A DNA stretch of 64,000 bases from Blastocatellia bacterium (GCA_021463145.1 JAJTWZ010000006.1:17485-81484), one strand, 5' to 3'. Counted from the stretch's first letter, positions 7,739 to 19,681 are shown. The notes: a model not told the origin generated them from the sequence alone. Program-made: numbers and translations.

Positions 7739-10411
7739 ATGAGCGTCGGCCCCTCGCACAAGCCCTACTCCCGCCTTCCGGAAACGTTTGCGCTGATGGC
7801 GCTGATCGTCGGGCTCGGCCTGATTGCAATTGCGTGGCCGTTGTCCAGCGTGCCCGACCTGACAATCAGGCTCGCGGGCTATTCGATCATGCTCGTCACG
7901 GCCGCGGCGCACTCGTGGTTCTATGCGCAGCGCGCGTTGTGGTCGAACTCTCCGAACGCAGTGGCGACGACGTTCCTCTGGCTCGTCGTGCTTGCGCTGG
8001 GAGTGTTTGCGGTCGAGTGGTACGCCGGCAGTGCGTTGCTTGGCTGGGTCGCGTTCGCCGAACTGGTCCTCTGCTCGTTCCTCTTCAATCACGCCACGTT
8101 CCGAATGACGCATTTCGTCGCGTTTCTCGTGATGATCCTCGCTTCCACGCGGCTGCCGCTCGGGATCGGCGGCGCGGCCTGGGTGGCATTCGCCGCACTG
8201 TCGCTGCTCGTCCTGGCGTATGGCCGGACGGCGCGAAAGTCGGGACCTTCCGGTTATGACCGGGGCGAGTTCCGATGGCCAATACAGCGCATAGGAGCGG
8301 TATCGGCTGTCGCAGTCTTCTCGGCGTTGCTCTTTCTGGTGACCCCGCTCCTGCGATGGCCGGATATCGACCTTACTCCCAAGCCGTTATCGAAGCCGCC
8401 GCGGCAGGGAGGGCAATGGGGCTCGGCGTCCGATCCTTTCCGGATTGGTGGCGACACTTCGGTGCCGGATCCGCAGAACGACCGGCTTCCCGTGATGCAG
8501 GTGAGGCTGCAGCCTGCCGTTGGCTCGCCGCTCTACGTTCGCGGACAGTCCTTCGACACGTTCGACGGAGTGGCCTGGTCGAACGAGGACACCGACCTTC
8601 AGACCCTTGACGTCGCAGACGGCGGGTGGACCCGGTTGCCTGTCGAGCAGCCGTCGATAGCTCCGGCATCGGTGCAGCCGATCCGCCAGAACTACGAAAT
8701 GCTCGTCGACCTCGAGGGCGTGGTCTTCACGGCGTTCCGCCCTGCGAGTCTCCGCTTTTCGGACGGCAACGTCGGCAGTGTCAAGGTCGATACGGGCGGT
8801 CGCACGGTGTTCGTCGACGGTGCACTCGCGGCGAGGAGCCAATACGAAGTCGACGGTTTCCAGGACATCTTCGCATCAGGGAGCCTGCGAAGACCGCCGT
8901 CGGCCTATTGCGCTTATCGCGACCTCAGTATTCCGTCGGGAATTGATCAGCGGGTACTCCAGATCGCGCTCGAGCAGACGGCAAGCGCGACAACGGCTTA
9001 CGACAAGGCAATTGCTCTCGAGCGATACCTGCGGCGCTCGTTCTATTACTCACTCTCGCACGACGTCGGCGGCCGACAGGTCGTCAACGACTTCATGCTG
9101 CGAGCGAAGCGCGGCCACTGCGCGCTCTTCGCTTCCTCGATGGTCGTGATGGCGCGCAGTATCGGATTGCCGGCGCGATACGTGACGGGCTTTCTCGCGC
9201 AGGAGCGCACGCGCGACGGATTCCTTGTCCGCGGTTCCGACGGCCACGCGTGGGTCGAGGTCTACATCGATGGGGCGGGCTGGCTGAGCTTCGATCCGAC
9301 GTCTGGAATCGTCGATCCGAAAGACACAAGAACGCGGGCACAGACGGTCGCGAACGGCCGCGAAGACGTCCGGGTAGCAGATCGCGACGGTCGCAGTGGC
9401 GGCACGGGTGGCGGACTTTACGGCCGGGGCGACCGGGACCGCGACGGCGGCGATCCGCGCGGCGGCGACATCGCACGCAACGACAGCGCGCCTGGCGGTG
9501 GCGTTCCGATCGGGGATCCTTCGGGAGGATCGGGCGGGACGTCCGGTGATTCGAGTGGCGACGGATCTGGAGGCGGCGCGAATGGCGGCAACGGTGGCGC
9601 CGGAGGAGACAGCGGCGATTCCGGCAACGGCGGTGCGGGAACCGGCGGTGCGGGCAACGGCGGAGGTACGGGAGGAAGCAGCGCCGGCAGTGGTGACGAC
9701 AGGCAGTCCGGAAGCGCCGGAACATCTGACGGCGGATCGACGCGGGTAATTCCGCCGGGCGGTGACACCAATCTTCCGGGTGGATCGGGTGGGGGCCAGG
9801 GAGGCTCCGGCCAGGGATCTCCGGGAGGCGGCAGCGGATCGGGCGGAGCGCCTGGCGAGTCGGCATCCGGGAGCTCGGATGGCGGGTCCGCAGGCGGCGG
9901 GGCGCCGTCGGCCGGGTCCACGAAGCCATTCGAGTCGAAGCCCACCCCCAGGCCCGAGCAGCCTCCGGATCCGAAGGCCGACGAGCGCGACTGGAGCATT
10001 CTGGTCTACCTGCTTGCCGGGCTCGGTCTCATCGGCCTTGCGGTGCTGGGGATCTGGACATTTGGCGTGAGGCGCGTCGTGGAGAAGCGGACGATCCGCG
10101 AGGCATTGCCGTTGTCGGTTGACGACGATCCGGACCCGAGACGACTTGTCGTGAAGCTCTATCACGCGATGGTGGGCGGACTTGGAAAGGTGGGCTTCAT
10201 CCGGAAGGACGGAACGACGCCGGCGGAATACGCCGAGTCAGTGGCGGCGCGCGAACCGGGCCTCGGGGAGCCGGTCGGGCAACTGACCGAGCTCTTCCAC
10301 GATGCGCGATACGATCACATTCCGGTGACGCGCGCTCAGGCCGATGAGGCGCGGTCGGTCTGGAGGAAGATCGCTGCGTCGGTGAAGAGAGTGGAAACCC
10401 CGGTGGAGTAG
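7739..10411 (+). CDS. TgpA-like transglutaminase-domain membrane protein (DUF3488-like N-terminal TM region, transglutaminase core, Gly/Ser-rich linker, DUF4129-like C-terminus)
   Basis: The Cys-His-Asp core is present (GHCALFAS … DGHAWVEVY … SFDPT). The N-terminus has multiple TM helices, and RBS aaagga precedes ATG 7739. A low-complexity GGSGG-type segment is encoded by about 9400-9930, followed by a TM helix and a DUF4129-like tail. Confidence 0.85.
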   Translation: MSVGPSHKPYSRLPETFALMALIVGLGLIAIAWPLSSVPDLTIRLAGYSIMLVTAAAHSWFYAQRALWSNSPNAVATTFLWLVVLALGVFAVEWYAGSALLGWVAFAELVLCSFLFNHATFRMTHFVAFLVMILASTRLPLGIGGAAWVAFAALSLLVLAYGRTARKSGPSGYDRGEFRWPIQRIGAVSAVAVFSALLFLVTPLLRWPDIDLTPKPLSKPPRQGGQWGSASDPFRIGGDTSVPDPQNDRLPVMQVRLQPAVGSPLYVRGQSFDTFDGVAWSNEDTDLQTLDVADGGWTRLPVEQPSIAPASVQPIRQNYEMLVDLEGVVFTAFRPASLRFSDGNVGSVKVDTGGRTVFVDGALAARSQYEVDGFQDIFASGSLRRPPSAYCAYRDLSIPSGIDQRVLQIALEQTASATTAYDKAIALERYLRRSFYYSLSHDVGGRQVVNDFMLRAKRGHCALFASSMVVMARSIGLPARYVTGFLAQERTRDGFLVRGSDGHAWVEVYIDGAGWLSFDPTSGIVDPKDTRTRAQTVANGREDVRVADRDGRSGGTGGGLYGRGDRDRDGGDPRGGDIARNDSAPGGGVPIGDPSGGSGGTSGDSSGDGSGGGANGGNGGAGGDSGDSGNGGAGTGGAGNGGGTGGSSAGSGDDRQSGSAGTSDGGSTRVIPPGGDTNLPGGSGGGQGGSGQGSPGGGSGSGGAPGESASGSSDGGSAGGGAPSAGSTKPFESKPTPRPEQPPDPKADERDWSILVYLLAGLGLIGLAVLGIWTFGVRRVVEKRTIREALPLSVDDDPDPRRLVVKLYHAMVGGLGKVGFIRKDGTTPAEYAESVAAREPGLGEPVGQLTELFHDARYDHIPVTRAQADEARSVWRKIAASVKRVETPVE

Positions 10412-10437
10412 TCTGCAGCTGGTTGCTGCGCGAGTCG

Positions 10438-11712
<1,275 letters not shown>

Positions 11713-11725
11713 CGGCCAGGCCCCC

Positions 11726-12970
11726 CTAGTTCTTCTGCAGCGCCACGATCGGGTCGAGTTTCGACGCCTTGTAGGCCGGGAAAATGCCGAACAACATGCC
11801 GATGCCGCCCGAGACTGCCAGTGACAGCACCACGTAGCCCAGGGTGATCGTCATCGGCACGGGAGTCGTCACGGTGATGAGCCAGGCGATTCCCCAGGCC
11901 AGAATCAATCCGAACATTCCACCGAACGCCGACAGCAGCGAGGACTCGATCAGGAACTGCAACAGGATCTGGGCGCGCTTGGCGCCGAGCGCTTTCCGCA
12001 GTCCAATCTCGAAGGTCCGCTCGGTGACAGACACGAGCATGATGTTCATGACAACGATGCCGCCGACGAGCAGCGACAGCATGGTGATCGGCGTGACGAC
12101 GAGGGCGATCGCTCCCGTGAACTGATCGATGGTGTTGTTCAATTCCTCGACGTTGACGAGGCCAAAATTGTCGGGTTGGTCGCTCGTGAGCTTGCGCCGC
12201 GCACGCATCGTGGCGCGAGCTTCGTCGATCACGGCCTGAAACTGTTCGCGTGCTTCGGCTTTCCCGTGCAGCTGCAGGCTCTGTCGGCGGCCGAGTATTC
12301 TCGTCGCCGTGGTAATTGGCACGTAAACGTGCTTGTCGAGCGACTGCCCGAACATCGACCCGCGAGACTCTTCGACTCCGATGACGGTCATTGGAATATC
12401 GCGCACCCGGAGCGTGCGGCCAATTGGGTCCAATCCGGGGAAGTACTTTTCGCGGACATCGGCGCCCAGCACGCAGACCAGGTCGGCCGAGTCGACTTCG
12501 TGTTGGGCGAAGAAGCGGCCATCCGAGATTGTCTTGTCCTCGATGATCGCCATGTTCGCGGTCACGCCTGACATCTCGACGCCCTTCATCTCGATGCCAT
12601 CCTGGTTCAGGTCGACTGTCGTATCCAACTGCGCGCCGACTTCGGAACAGCTTTCGCACTGGGACTTGAGCCACTCATAGTCGTCCCACGTGAGGCGCTT
12701 GTTGCGCCGGCTCATCTCTACCCACTCTTCCTCGGTCATCTCGCCGTGATGGGCCATGCGCGAGATCATGAAGTGGTTGGCGCCGAGAACCTTCTCCACT
12801 TTCGCAACGACGTAGCTGTTCAGGCCGCTGATCGATGCGCCGACCACCACGACCGATGCCACGCCGATGATGATTCCGATGAGGGTGAGAAACGATCGCA
12901 GTTTGTGCGCGAAGATGGACTGCAGGGCTATCCGCAGGGCGTCGGTATAGAACGAGACGACTGGCTTCAT
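11726..12970 (-). CDS. ABC transporter permease, MacB/FtsX family (second paralog)
   Basis: It has the same architecture as 10438-11712 and is separated from it by a 13-bp gap. No ATPase gene is adjacent. Confidence 0.85.
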   Translation of the reverse strand: MKPVVSFYTDALRIALQSIFAHKLRSFLTLIGIIIGVASVVVVGASISGLNSYVVAKVEKVLGANHFMISRMAHHGEMTEEEWVEMSRRNKRLTWDDYEWLKSQCESCSEVGAQLDTTVDLNQDGIEMKGVEMSGVTANMAIIEDKTISDGRFFAQHEVDSADLVCVLGADVREKYFPGLDPIGRTLRVRDIPMTVIGVEESRGSMFGQSLDKHVYVPITTATRILGRRQSLQLHGKAEAREQFQAVIDEARATMRARRKLTSDQPDNFGLVNVEELNNTIDQFTGAIALVVTPITMLSLLVGGIVVMNIMLVSVTERTFEIGLRKALGAKRAQILLQFLIESSLLSAFGGMFGLILAWGIAWLITVTTPVPMTITLGYVVLSLAVSGGIGMLFGIFPAYKASKLDPIVALQKN

Positions 12971-13258
12971 GCGATCCGGGGCAAACCTTGGGCTTGGAAT
13001 TCTGTGGGTATACGGAGCCGGGAGGGATTACGTTCGAACTGTTTCCCGAGGGTTCGGGCCAAAGTGTGCCGTGGGCATTCCGCTGGCCATGGATGCCGCG
13101 TGCTTCGAGCGCCGAAGCGCTCCCGTAGAAGGCGGCGCCAAGGCGCTCATCGGAAAACCACGCTCGACGCGCGCCGAACGGCTGCCGGTGGCCCATCGCT
13201 TCGACGTGCGTGCGCCAACCCGCGAGGAACCGACGAAGATCAATGTCGATGAAGCGAT

Positions 13259-14365
13259 CTAACTGGCGGCCAGGGCGTTCACGGTCCTTCGAATCCGGGT
13301 CATTGGCGGCGCGGCATAAACGGGGTGCGTCCGATTGGTCATGAGCGCCACGACCCTTTCAGCTTGCGGGTCCACCCAGACACTGGTTCCCGTGAACCCG
13401 GTGTGGCCGAAAGCGTCGGCCGGCATCGCCGGTCCGGCACTGCATTCCGGCGTGGAGCCGAGGATCCATCCAAGCGATCGGTGCTCCTCGAGGCCCGGCG
13501 TAAGGTTCTCCCTGACCATTGCAAACGTCGCCGGTTCACTCAGAAGCGTGCCGCCAGGCAGGAACTGTTCGGCGATCAGCGCAGCCTCGCCAGCCGTGCC
13601 GAACAACCCGGCGTGGCCCGCAACACCACCCAGGAAAAATGCATTGCCGTCGTGAACCTCTCCCCAGATGACGTCCGTCCGCCACTTGCGATATGTCGCG
13701 GCGACGTCGCCGGCGAGCTCACGTTCGTAAACGTTGCCTGTTTCTGACGCCGCAATGCGCGGGCGAAGCGCCTGATCCGGGCGAAAGCCGGCCGTGCGCA
13801 ACCCGAGCGGCGCCGCAATTCGTCCGGCGAATAGCCGATCCAGCGACGCTCCGCCGATCCGTTCGATCGCAAATCCGAGCGCGAGGAAGCCCGGATCGCT
13901 ATAGACGACACGCGAGCCCGGGACATAGGCCAGGTTCAGCGACGCAATCGCTTCGAGAGCTTTTTCGGGGTTCCGCGCCGTCGCGTAGAGCGGCACCCAC
14001 TTAGGCAGTCCCGAGGTGTGGGTGAGCAGATCGCGAAACCTCATCGCGCGTTTGTCGTCGCGATCGAACTCGGAGAGGACGGATAAAACCGGCGTGTCCA
14101 TCGCAATGTCGCCGGATTCCATCGCCTGACAGAAAAGCAGGGCCGTGACGAGTTGCTTCGTCAGTGACGCGAGATCGAAGACCGTCTCGACCGTCGCCGG
14201 GATTCGTTCCGGAACGACGACGGCATCGCCGCAAGCGACCGACGCCACCTCGCGCCCACGTTCCCTGACGACCGCGACCGCTCCTGGGAAGTGTCCCGCG
14301 GCAACACACTCCTCCAGATATGCCGCGATCGATTCAGCTCTCTCAGCCGGGGACATTGGCCGCAC
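13259..14365 (-). CDS. Serine hydrolase of the beta-lactamase/transpeptidase fold (class C beta-lactamase-related)
   Basis: The SxxK motif is present (DLASLTKQ), and the length and composition fit the beta-lactamase family. Confidence 0.85.
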   Translation of the reverse strand: MRPMSPAERAESIAAYLEECVAAGHFPGAVAVVRERGREVASVACGDAVVVPERIPATVETVFDLASLTKQLVTALLFCQAMESGDIAMDTPVLSVLSEFDRDDKRAMRFRDLLTHTSGLPKWVPLYATARNPEKALEAIASLNLAYVPGSRVVYSDPGFLALGFAIERIGGASLDRLFAGRIAAPLGLRTAGFRPDQALRPRIAASETGNVYERELAGDVAATYRKWRTDVIWGEVHDGNAFFLGGVAGHAGLFGTAGEAALIAEQFLPGGTLLSEPATFAMVRENLTPGLEEHRSLGWILGSTPECSAGPAMPADAFGHTGFTGTSVWVDPQAERVVALMTNRTHPVYAAPPMTRIRRTVNALAAS

Positions 14366-15320
14366 TGTGAGGCACGCCGGCGCGTCCCGCGTGCTCCGCT
14401 ATCGAGTCGAGGATGCGGACGGCCACGACGAGCGCGCGACGGCCGTCCTCGCCGCTGACGACGGGCGGGTGCTCGCCTCGAACGGCCTCGAGGAATGACA
14501 CGATCTCGGCTTTGAGCGGTTCGACGTCGTCGATGTCGAGCATCGTGGCCGCAATCGCCGGCCGGACATCGCCGTCCTTCGGAGGCAGCACGCTGATGCG
14601 TTGAACCTCCTTGCCCGCCGTGTCGATCGAAATGTAGTCGCGCGGTTGGAAGAGCCGCAGCTTTCTGACGCGCTCCGCCGATACACGGCTGGCGGTGACG
14701 TTCGCGATGCAGCCGTTCGTGAACTCGAGCCGCGCGTTCGCAATGTCGATACGAGGTGTCAACACGCCGATTCCCGCCGCACGAACATCGGCGACGTCCG
14801 CGCCGACGAGCGAGAGGATGATGTCGATGTCGTGGATCATCAGGTCCATCACGACGTCGATGTCCAGACTGCGAGGCGTGAATTCGGCCAGCCGGTGGCA
14901 TTCGATGAAGCGTGGCGTCGTTATGACATTTGCGGCAGCGACCACGGCGGGATTGAACCGCTCGATATGGCCAACCTGGAGTACCGCATTGCCGGACTTC
15001 GCGGCCGCCATCAGCCGGTCGGCTTCGTCGAGTGTCGAGGCGATCGGCTTTTCGATCAGGCACGCGATACCCGCCTCGAGCAGTGCGCAGCCGATCGATG
15101 CGTGATCGACAGTCGGAGCCGCCACGCTGACGGCGTCGACGCGGCCGGCGAGCGACTCGATTCCGGTAAGCGCCTCGCACCCGAACCGGCCGGCGTACTC
15201 CTCGGCGCGGGCGCGATCCGAATCGACTACGGCCACGAGGTGGGCGTCGTCCAGTTCGTGGTGAATTCGAGCGTGATGTCTGCCAAGGCTGCCGACGCCG
15301 ATGACGGCCGTTCTGAGCAT
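14343..15320 (-). CDS. Gfo/Idh/MocA-family NAD(P)-dependent oxidoreductase
   Basis: The N-terminal Rossmann motif VIGVGSLGRHHA and the EKP motif (CLIEKPIA) are present. The start is taken at MLRTAV (15320); the listed ORF extends further upstream. Confidence 0.8.
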   Translation of the reverse strand: MLRTAVIGVGSLGRHHARIHHELDDAHLVAVVDSDRARAEEYAGRFGCEALTGIESLAGRVDAVSVAAPTVDHASIGCALLEAGIACLIEKPIASTLDEADRLMAAAKSGNAVLQVGHIERFNPAVVAAANVITTPRFIECHRLAEFTPRSLDIDVVMDLMIHDIDIILSLVGADVADVRAAGIGVLTPRIDIANARLEFTNGCIANVTASRVSAERVRKLRLFQPRDYISIDTAGKEVQRISVLPPKDGDVRPAIAATMLDIDDVEPLKAEIVSFLEAVRGEHPPVVSGEDGRRALVVAVRILDSIAEHAGRAGVPHSAANVPG

Positions 15321-15453
15321 TCGGGTTCTCCAATGCGGCCCGTTGCCGCGTGTCCGCTGTTGTATCGCGCCCGGCACTGGGCCGCCAAGTGGCACGGCAC
15401 CCGGGCCGGGCCTTTACGCGCGGTGGCGTGGTGGGCTCTACTGCGAACTTCGC

Positions 15454-17106
15454 ATGCGATGGTTTTCCAGAATGGACCGCCGTGAGCGCCTCGCACTGGC
15501 GGGTCTTGTCTCGCTGGCAGCCGTGTGCTTCTGCTTTCGGCTGGGCGGAGTGCCTCTGCTCGGAAAGGACGAGCCTCGTTATGCCGAGGTCGCTCGTGAG
15601 ATGGTCGTCGCGGGCGATTGGATCACTCCCCGGCTGGCCGGTCACACGTGGTTCGAGAAGCCGGCACTCCCTTACTGGCTGATGGCGGCGGGATTCTCCG
15701 TGTTCGGCATCAACGAGTTTGCCGCCCGGCTTGGGTCGGCCTTGCTAGCGGCCGTCGCGGCCGGAGCGGTCTATGCCGTTTCACGACGGGTGGGCGGACC
15801 TGACCGCGCTGCCTACTCGGCGATGGTTCTGATCACGTCGGGGCTCTGGCTTGCTTTCGCGCGGGGAGCGAGCTTCGACATGCCGCTGGCTGCGACGATG
15901 GCGCTTGCGATCGCGGCTTTCGCGTTCTACGAGCTCCAGGAAGGAGCACGCGATCGGCTCGTGTGGTCGCTCGTTTTCGGGGCCGCCACGGGTGCTGCGA
16001 TGCTCGCGAAGGGACTGGCCGGTCCGTTGCTGCTCGGCCTGATCGTCGTGTTTTCCATGTTGACCTGCGGATCCTGGCGTCGCGTGCGGATCGTCGAGGC
16101 CGCTGCTGCCGCGGCCGCTGCACTTGCCATCGCCGGAACCTGGTATGTGCCGGTCATGGCGATCAACGGCTGGCCGTTCGTGCAGGAGTTCTTCATCGAC
16201 CATCACTTCCGCCGCTACCTCACGAACCGATTCTCGCATCCGCAGCCCTTCTACTTTTTCATCCTCGTAATTCTCGGCGGACTGTTGCCGTGGACGTTCG
16301 TGTTTCTGGCAGGATTGAAGAGCCTAGTGCCGCTGGTCCGCAGAGGGCCGCAGACCGGCGAAGACCGTTTGCTGTGGATCGCCGGATGGTCCGTGGTGGT
16401 TCCGCTCGTGTTCTTTTCGCTGTCGACCTCGAAACTGCCGGGTTACATCCTTCCGGCATTTCCCGGGCTCGCGTTGCTGACTGGCTGGTCCGCCCATCGA
16501 ATCGAAGCCGAAGGCAGCCGACGATGGGCGATCGTGGCGTCAGCGTTGTCGCTTGTCGCCGTTGGCGTCGGGTTGGCTCTTTACGGCGGCCGTTATTTGG
16601 ACGCTTCGACTCGCGACGTTGCGTTACTCGCGTTCCTGCCGGCAAGCGCTGCGATGTCTATAATTGCCGCGCTTCGATGGCGGAGAATCCGCACGGCCTT
16701 GTGGACAGTCGCAGCCGGAGGCGCGGGTATTGCGGCGCTCATATCGATTTTTCTCTTCGGCGAGATCGGAGTCCGCGAGTCGTTACCCGCGCTCATGGCG
16801 AAAGCGAACGCATCGCTCGGCGCCGGTGAGCGCGTGCTCTGCTTCGGAGTCGTGGAGTACTCGCCCGTGTTCTACGTGCAGGGCCGGGTCGTCGTGGACG
16901 GCGCGGGAGACGTCCTCATTGCCGCCAGTCGCGACGAAGTGGCGAACGCATTGCGCTCGGCGCCGGACGAGTCGGTACTGGTAATCACCGACGGACAGCG
17001 AGCCTACGAGCTCTCGATCGATCCCGAACTCGACATGGAGATTCTCGAGCGGGAACGCAACAGGGTGCTGCTGCGCGTCACCTACCGCGATTCGGCCCCG
17101 ACGTGA
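15454..17106 (+). CDS. ArnT/PMT-family (GT39/GT83-like) membrane glycosyltransferase
   Basis: It has multiple TM helices and the GKDEPRYAEVAREM motif typical of ArnT/PMT_2. The start is chosen at ATG 15454 to avoid overlap with the divergent gene. Confidence 0.8.
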   Translation: MRWFSRMDRRERLALAGLVSLAAVCFCFRLGGVPLLGKDEPRYAEVAREMVVAGDWITPRLAGHTWFEKPALPYWLMAAGFSVFGINEFAARLGSALLAAVAAGAVYAVSRRVGGPDRAAYSAMVLITSGLWLAFARGASFDMPLAATMALAIAAFAFYELQEGARDRLVWSLVFGAATGAAMLAKGLAGPLLLGLIVVFSMLTCGSWRRVRIVEAAAAAAAALAIAGTWYVPVMAINGWPFVQEFFIDHHFRRYLTNRFSHPQPFYFFILVILGGLLPWTFVFLAGLKSLVPLVRRGPQTGEDRLLWIAGWSVVVPLVFFSLSTSKLPGYILPAFPGLALLTGWSAHRIEAEGSRRWAIVASALSLVAVGVGLALYGGRYLDASTRDVALLAFLPASAAMSIIAALRWRRIRTALWTVAAGGAGIAALISIFLFGEIGVRESLPALMAKANASLGAGERVLCFGVVEYSPVFYVQGRVVVDGAGDVLIAASRDEVANALRSAPDESVLVITDGQRAYELSIDPELDMEILERERNRVLLRVTYRDSAPT

Positions 17107-18153
17107 TCACTTGTTCGGCGCTGGCTTGGCGCCGCTCTTGGCCGCAGTGGGATTCTCACCCGGCCTCACGTAATTCGGCCTTGCGGCAGGAGCGAAGTCC
17201 GGGGCCTCGAGAAAGAACGCGACGATCGCGTCATCGTAGACCACGCCGTCCTGCTTGATGAGGGACGATCCCGCGCGCGTACGGTCGAGTTCGAGCACCT
17301 TGGCCTTCGGGGCCAGGGCCGCCGCCGCCCGGGAATAGACGGCGAGCGGGGACGCCTTGCTGGTAACGATCAGGACCGCACGGTCGCCCAGCTTCTGAAA
17401 AGCTTCTGCCGCAGGCATCGGAGTCGTTCCACGTACGCCGAAGAAGCCGAGCGTCATCGAGATCAGGCTCTGAAAAGCACCGATCTCGACGAGCGACGAT
17501 CCCGGCGTCGTCGCGGATCCGAGTTGTGCTTTCGTCAGGTAACGGTACCACTCTTCCTGCGACTCATAGATCGTGTCGACCGCGACGGCCTTCACGGCTG
17601 GATCGTTGGCCGCTGCCGAGAGCGATATGAATCCGCCCATGTCGATGCCATACAGCCCGATCCGGCCGTCCGAGATTGCCACGCCTGCATCGTTCTTCAG
17701 CGTCTTTGCATACTCAATCGTCGCCACCAGGTCATCGAGTTCGCTAAGACCGAGAGTCGTACGCGCTTCGCTGCTGTTGCCGTGGCCGCGAAGGTCGTAC
17801 GCAATGACGTTGTAGCCCTGATCCCAGAGGCGGAAGCTCGTGCTCAGCAACTCTTCGCGATTCGAGCCGAAGGAGTGCGACAGAATTATGGTAGGCGAAG
17901 GCTGTTCCTGATAGATCAGCCAACCGGACATCGTCGAACCGCGCGCACCTGGCCACGTCTTTTCGTCCCAGATCGGCTTCTGGAGGATCTGTTCGTAGCC
18001 CTGCGGCGTGTTGATCACGGCGCGCCGCTCCTGGTTGACCATTCGATAGGAGAGGTAAACGTCCGCTCCCACGATGCTGGTCGTCAGGAATACGACGAGC
18101 GGGACGAAAACTGCCATGGCGCGCTTGAGCAGGGCCTTCTGTCGACGATCCAT
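17107..18153 (-). CDS. Membrane-anchored alpha/beta-fold hydrolase
   Basis: It has an N-terminal TM anchor, a nucleophile-elbow-like segment GIDMGG, and an HG-containing oxyanion region (RGHGNS). Confidence 0.7.
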   Translation of the reverse strand: MDRRQKALLKRAMAVFVPLVVFLTTSIVGADVYLSYRMVNQERRAVINTPQGYEQILQKPIWDEKTWPGARGSTMSGWLIYQEQPSPTIILSHSFGSNREELLSTSFRLWDQGYNVIAYDLRGHGNSSEARTTLGLSELDDLVATIEYAKTLKNDAGVAISDGRIGLYGIDMGGFISLSAAANDPAVKAVAVDTIYESQEEWYRYLTKAQLGSATTPGSSLVEIGAFQSLISMTLGFFGVRGTTPMPAAEAFQKLGDRAVLIVTSKASPLAVYSRAAAALAPKAKVLELDRTRAGSSLIKQDGVVYDDAIVAFFLEAPDFAPAARPNYVRPGENPTAAKSGAKPAPNK

Positions 18154-18339
18154 CTTGCTCTTTCTCGCTGTGTAAGAGTCGTGAAACGGGGCCGGTCGTG
18201 ATCGCTGGGAAGCGGCGCCATAATAAGTCGCGGTCCAGTCAAATGCAATAAGCGCGTACGCCGAAGCTGAGACGCGCCAATCGGTTGCGCGCACCAGACG
18301 CTGCGCGGCGCGACCCGCATCCTCATCCGCGAGGAGCGG

Positions 18340-18942
18340 CTAGGAAGACTGCCACCCTCCAGCGATCCGCTCCGCGAGCGACAGGTCTGCGGGTGTGTTC
18401 ACGTTCCGGAGAAGGTCGGCGGCCCCGTCCAGTTGGGAGTAGTCGGCGAACGGAACCAGATCGGCCTCGATTCGAACGAGCAGCGCCCGCGGCGTGCGTT
18501 CGCCGGCGTCGAGAAGCTCTGTAACGAGCGGCAGGGCCGAGCCGGGATAGATCGCGCAAAGCGGCGACACGCGGCCGTCTGAGTCCAGCGGTACGATTGC
18601 AGCCGCCGGACGCGCCTCGCTTCGAGCAAGAAGCAAGGCCAGGAAATCGGTGGTAACGAAGGGTAAGTCGCAAGCCACCACGAGTGCACGTTCGGACCCG
18701 CAGATCGACAGCGCCGTTTCTATGCCGGCGAGCGGACCGAGGCCCCCGCGAAGATCGGGCACTGCGGGAAGGCCTTCTATTGCCGACTCGCGTCCGATCA
18801 GCGTGACAGACGGCGCGACCGGAAGAATGGCCGCGACGACCCGCTCGAGAAACGTCCGGCCCTCCAGTTCGACCAGCACCTTGTCGGTGCCCATTCGCGA
18901 GCTGCGGCCGCCGCCAAACACAAAGGCTTCTGTAGGTTTCAC
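18340..18942 (-). CDS. mobA: Molybdenum cofactor guanylyltransferase MobA
   Basis: The N-terminal motif is GGGRSSRMGTDK. The start is taken at GTG 18942 and the length is about 200 aa. The listed ORF (to 19755) is an upstream extension antisense to pyrE. Confidence 0.75.
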   Translation of the reverse strand: MKPTEAFVFGGGRSSRMGTDKVLVELEGRTFLERVVAAILPVAPSVTLIGRESAIEGLPAVPDLRGGLGPLAGIETALSICGSERALVVACDLPFVTTDFLALLLARSEARPAAAIVPLDSDGRVSPLCAIYPGSALPLVTELLDAGERTPRALLVRIEADLVPFADYSQLDGAADLLRNVNTPADLSLAERIAGGWQSS

Positions 18943-19056
18943 GGCACAACTCGGAAGGAATCGGGTGCGTCCGGGGACTCCCGCGTCGATGTGGTACCAT
19001 CCGCGCACCAGAACGAGATGCGCATGAATTGTCGTGCGGAATTGGAGCGTACGAGC

Positions 19057-19662
19057 ATGACCGACGATGTTAGCAGTGCCGGAGGGATCGACCAAAACGG
19101 GGTCATGGAGTTGTTCGAAGAGACCGGAGCGTTGCTGCGGGGCCACTTCGTCCTGACATCCGGACTGCACAGCCCGAACTATCTGCAATGCGCCCGGGTG
19201 CTCCAGTTCCCAAGGATTGCGGAACGGCTTGGCCAGGCAATTGCCAGCGGCTTCCGCGACCAGCGCATCTCCTGCGTGGTCGCGCCGGCGATCGGGGGAA
19301 TCGTGATCGGATACGAGGTTGCGCGCGCGCTTGGGGCCACAAGCGTGTTCACGGAGCGCGACGGGAACGGCGAGATGACCCTTCGCCGGGGATTCACATT
19401 GTCTGAGGACGAGCGCGTTCTCGTCGTAGAAGACGTCATTACGACTGGCGGCTCGACCCGCGAGACGATTGATGCCGTCATCGCCGCGGGTGGGAAGGTC
19501 ATCGCCGCCGCGTCCGTAATCGACCGATCGGGTGGCACGGCGGATGTCGGAGTTGCGCGCGCCGCCCTGGCGACTCTTCAGGTCGAGACCTATGACCCGG
19601 CGAAATGCCCGCTCTGCGCGGACGGGTCGCAGCCGGTCAAGCCGGGGAGCCGGAAGCGTTAG
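19057..19662 (+). CDS. pyrE: Orotate phosphoribosyltransferase
   Basis: The PRPP-binding motif VLVVEDVITTGGS is present and the length is about 200 aa. Confidence 0.85.
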   Translation: MTDDVSSAGGIDQNGVMELFEETGALLRGHFVLTSGLHSPNYLQCARVLQFPRIAERLGQAIASGFRDQRISCVVAPAIGGIVIGYEVARALGATSVFTERDGNGEMTLRRGFTLSEDERVLVVEDVITTGGSTRETIDAVIAAGGKVIAAASVIDRSGGTADVGVARAALATLQVETYDPAKCPLCADGSQPVKPGSRKR

Positions 19663-19681
19663 AACACTCCGAGGCGCGTTC

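Noticed and set aside
6028-7761. 577-aa minus-strand ORF and 517-aa plus-strand ORF (6189-7742) overlapping the DUF58 gene
   Set aside because: Both are Arg/Gly-rich alternative frames of the DUF58 gene, which itself carries the DUF58 signature. No domains are present.
9400-9930. Tandem DNA repeat or variable-number repeat in tgpA
   Set aside because: The Gly/Ser-rich protein segment is encoded by GC-rich but non-periodic sequence; no exact tandem unit was found.
9050-10165. 371-aa and 278-aa minus-strand ORFs over the TgpA Gly-rich region
   Set aside because: They are antisense products of the GC-rich low-complexity linker, dominated by Arg/Pro/Ala runs.
12969-13262. 97-aa plus-strand ORF in the gap between the FtsX permease and beta-lactamase genes
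   Set aside because: It has no RBS and no recognisable motif, and it lies in the probable promoter region of the minus-strand permease operon.
14161-15645. 494-aa minus-strand ORF
   Set aside because: It is a different frame from the Gfo/Idh/MocA gene (which has a clear Rossmann motif), is extremely Arg-rich, and spans the divergent promoter region.
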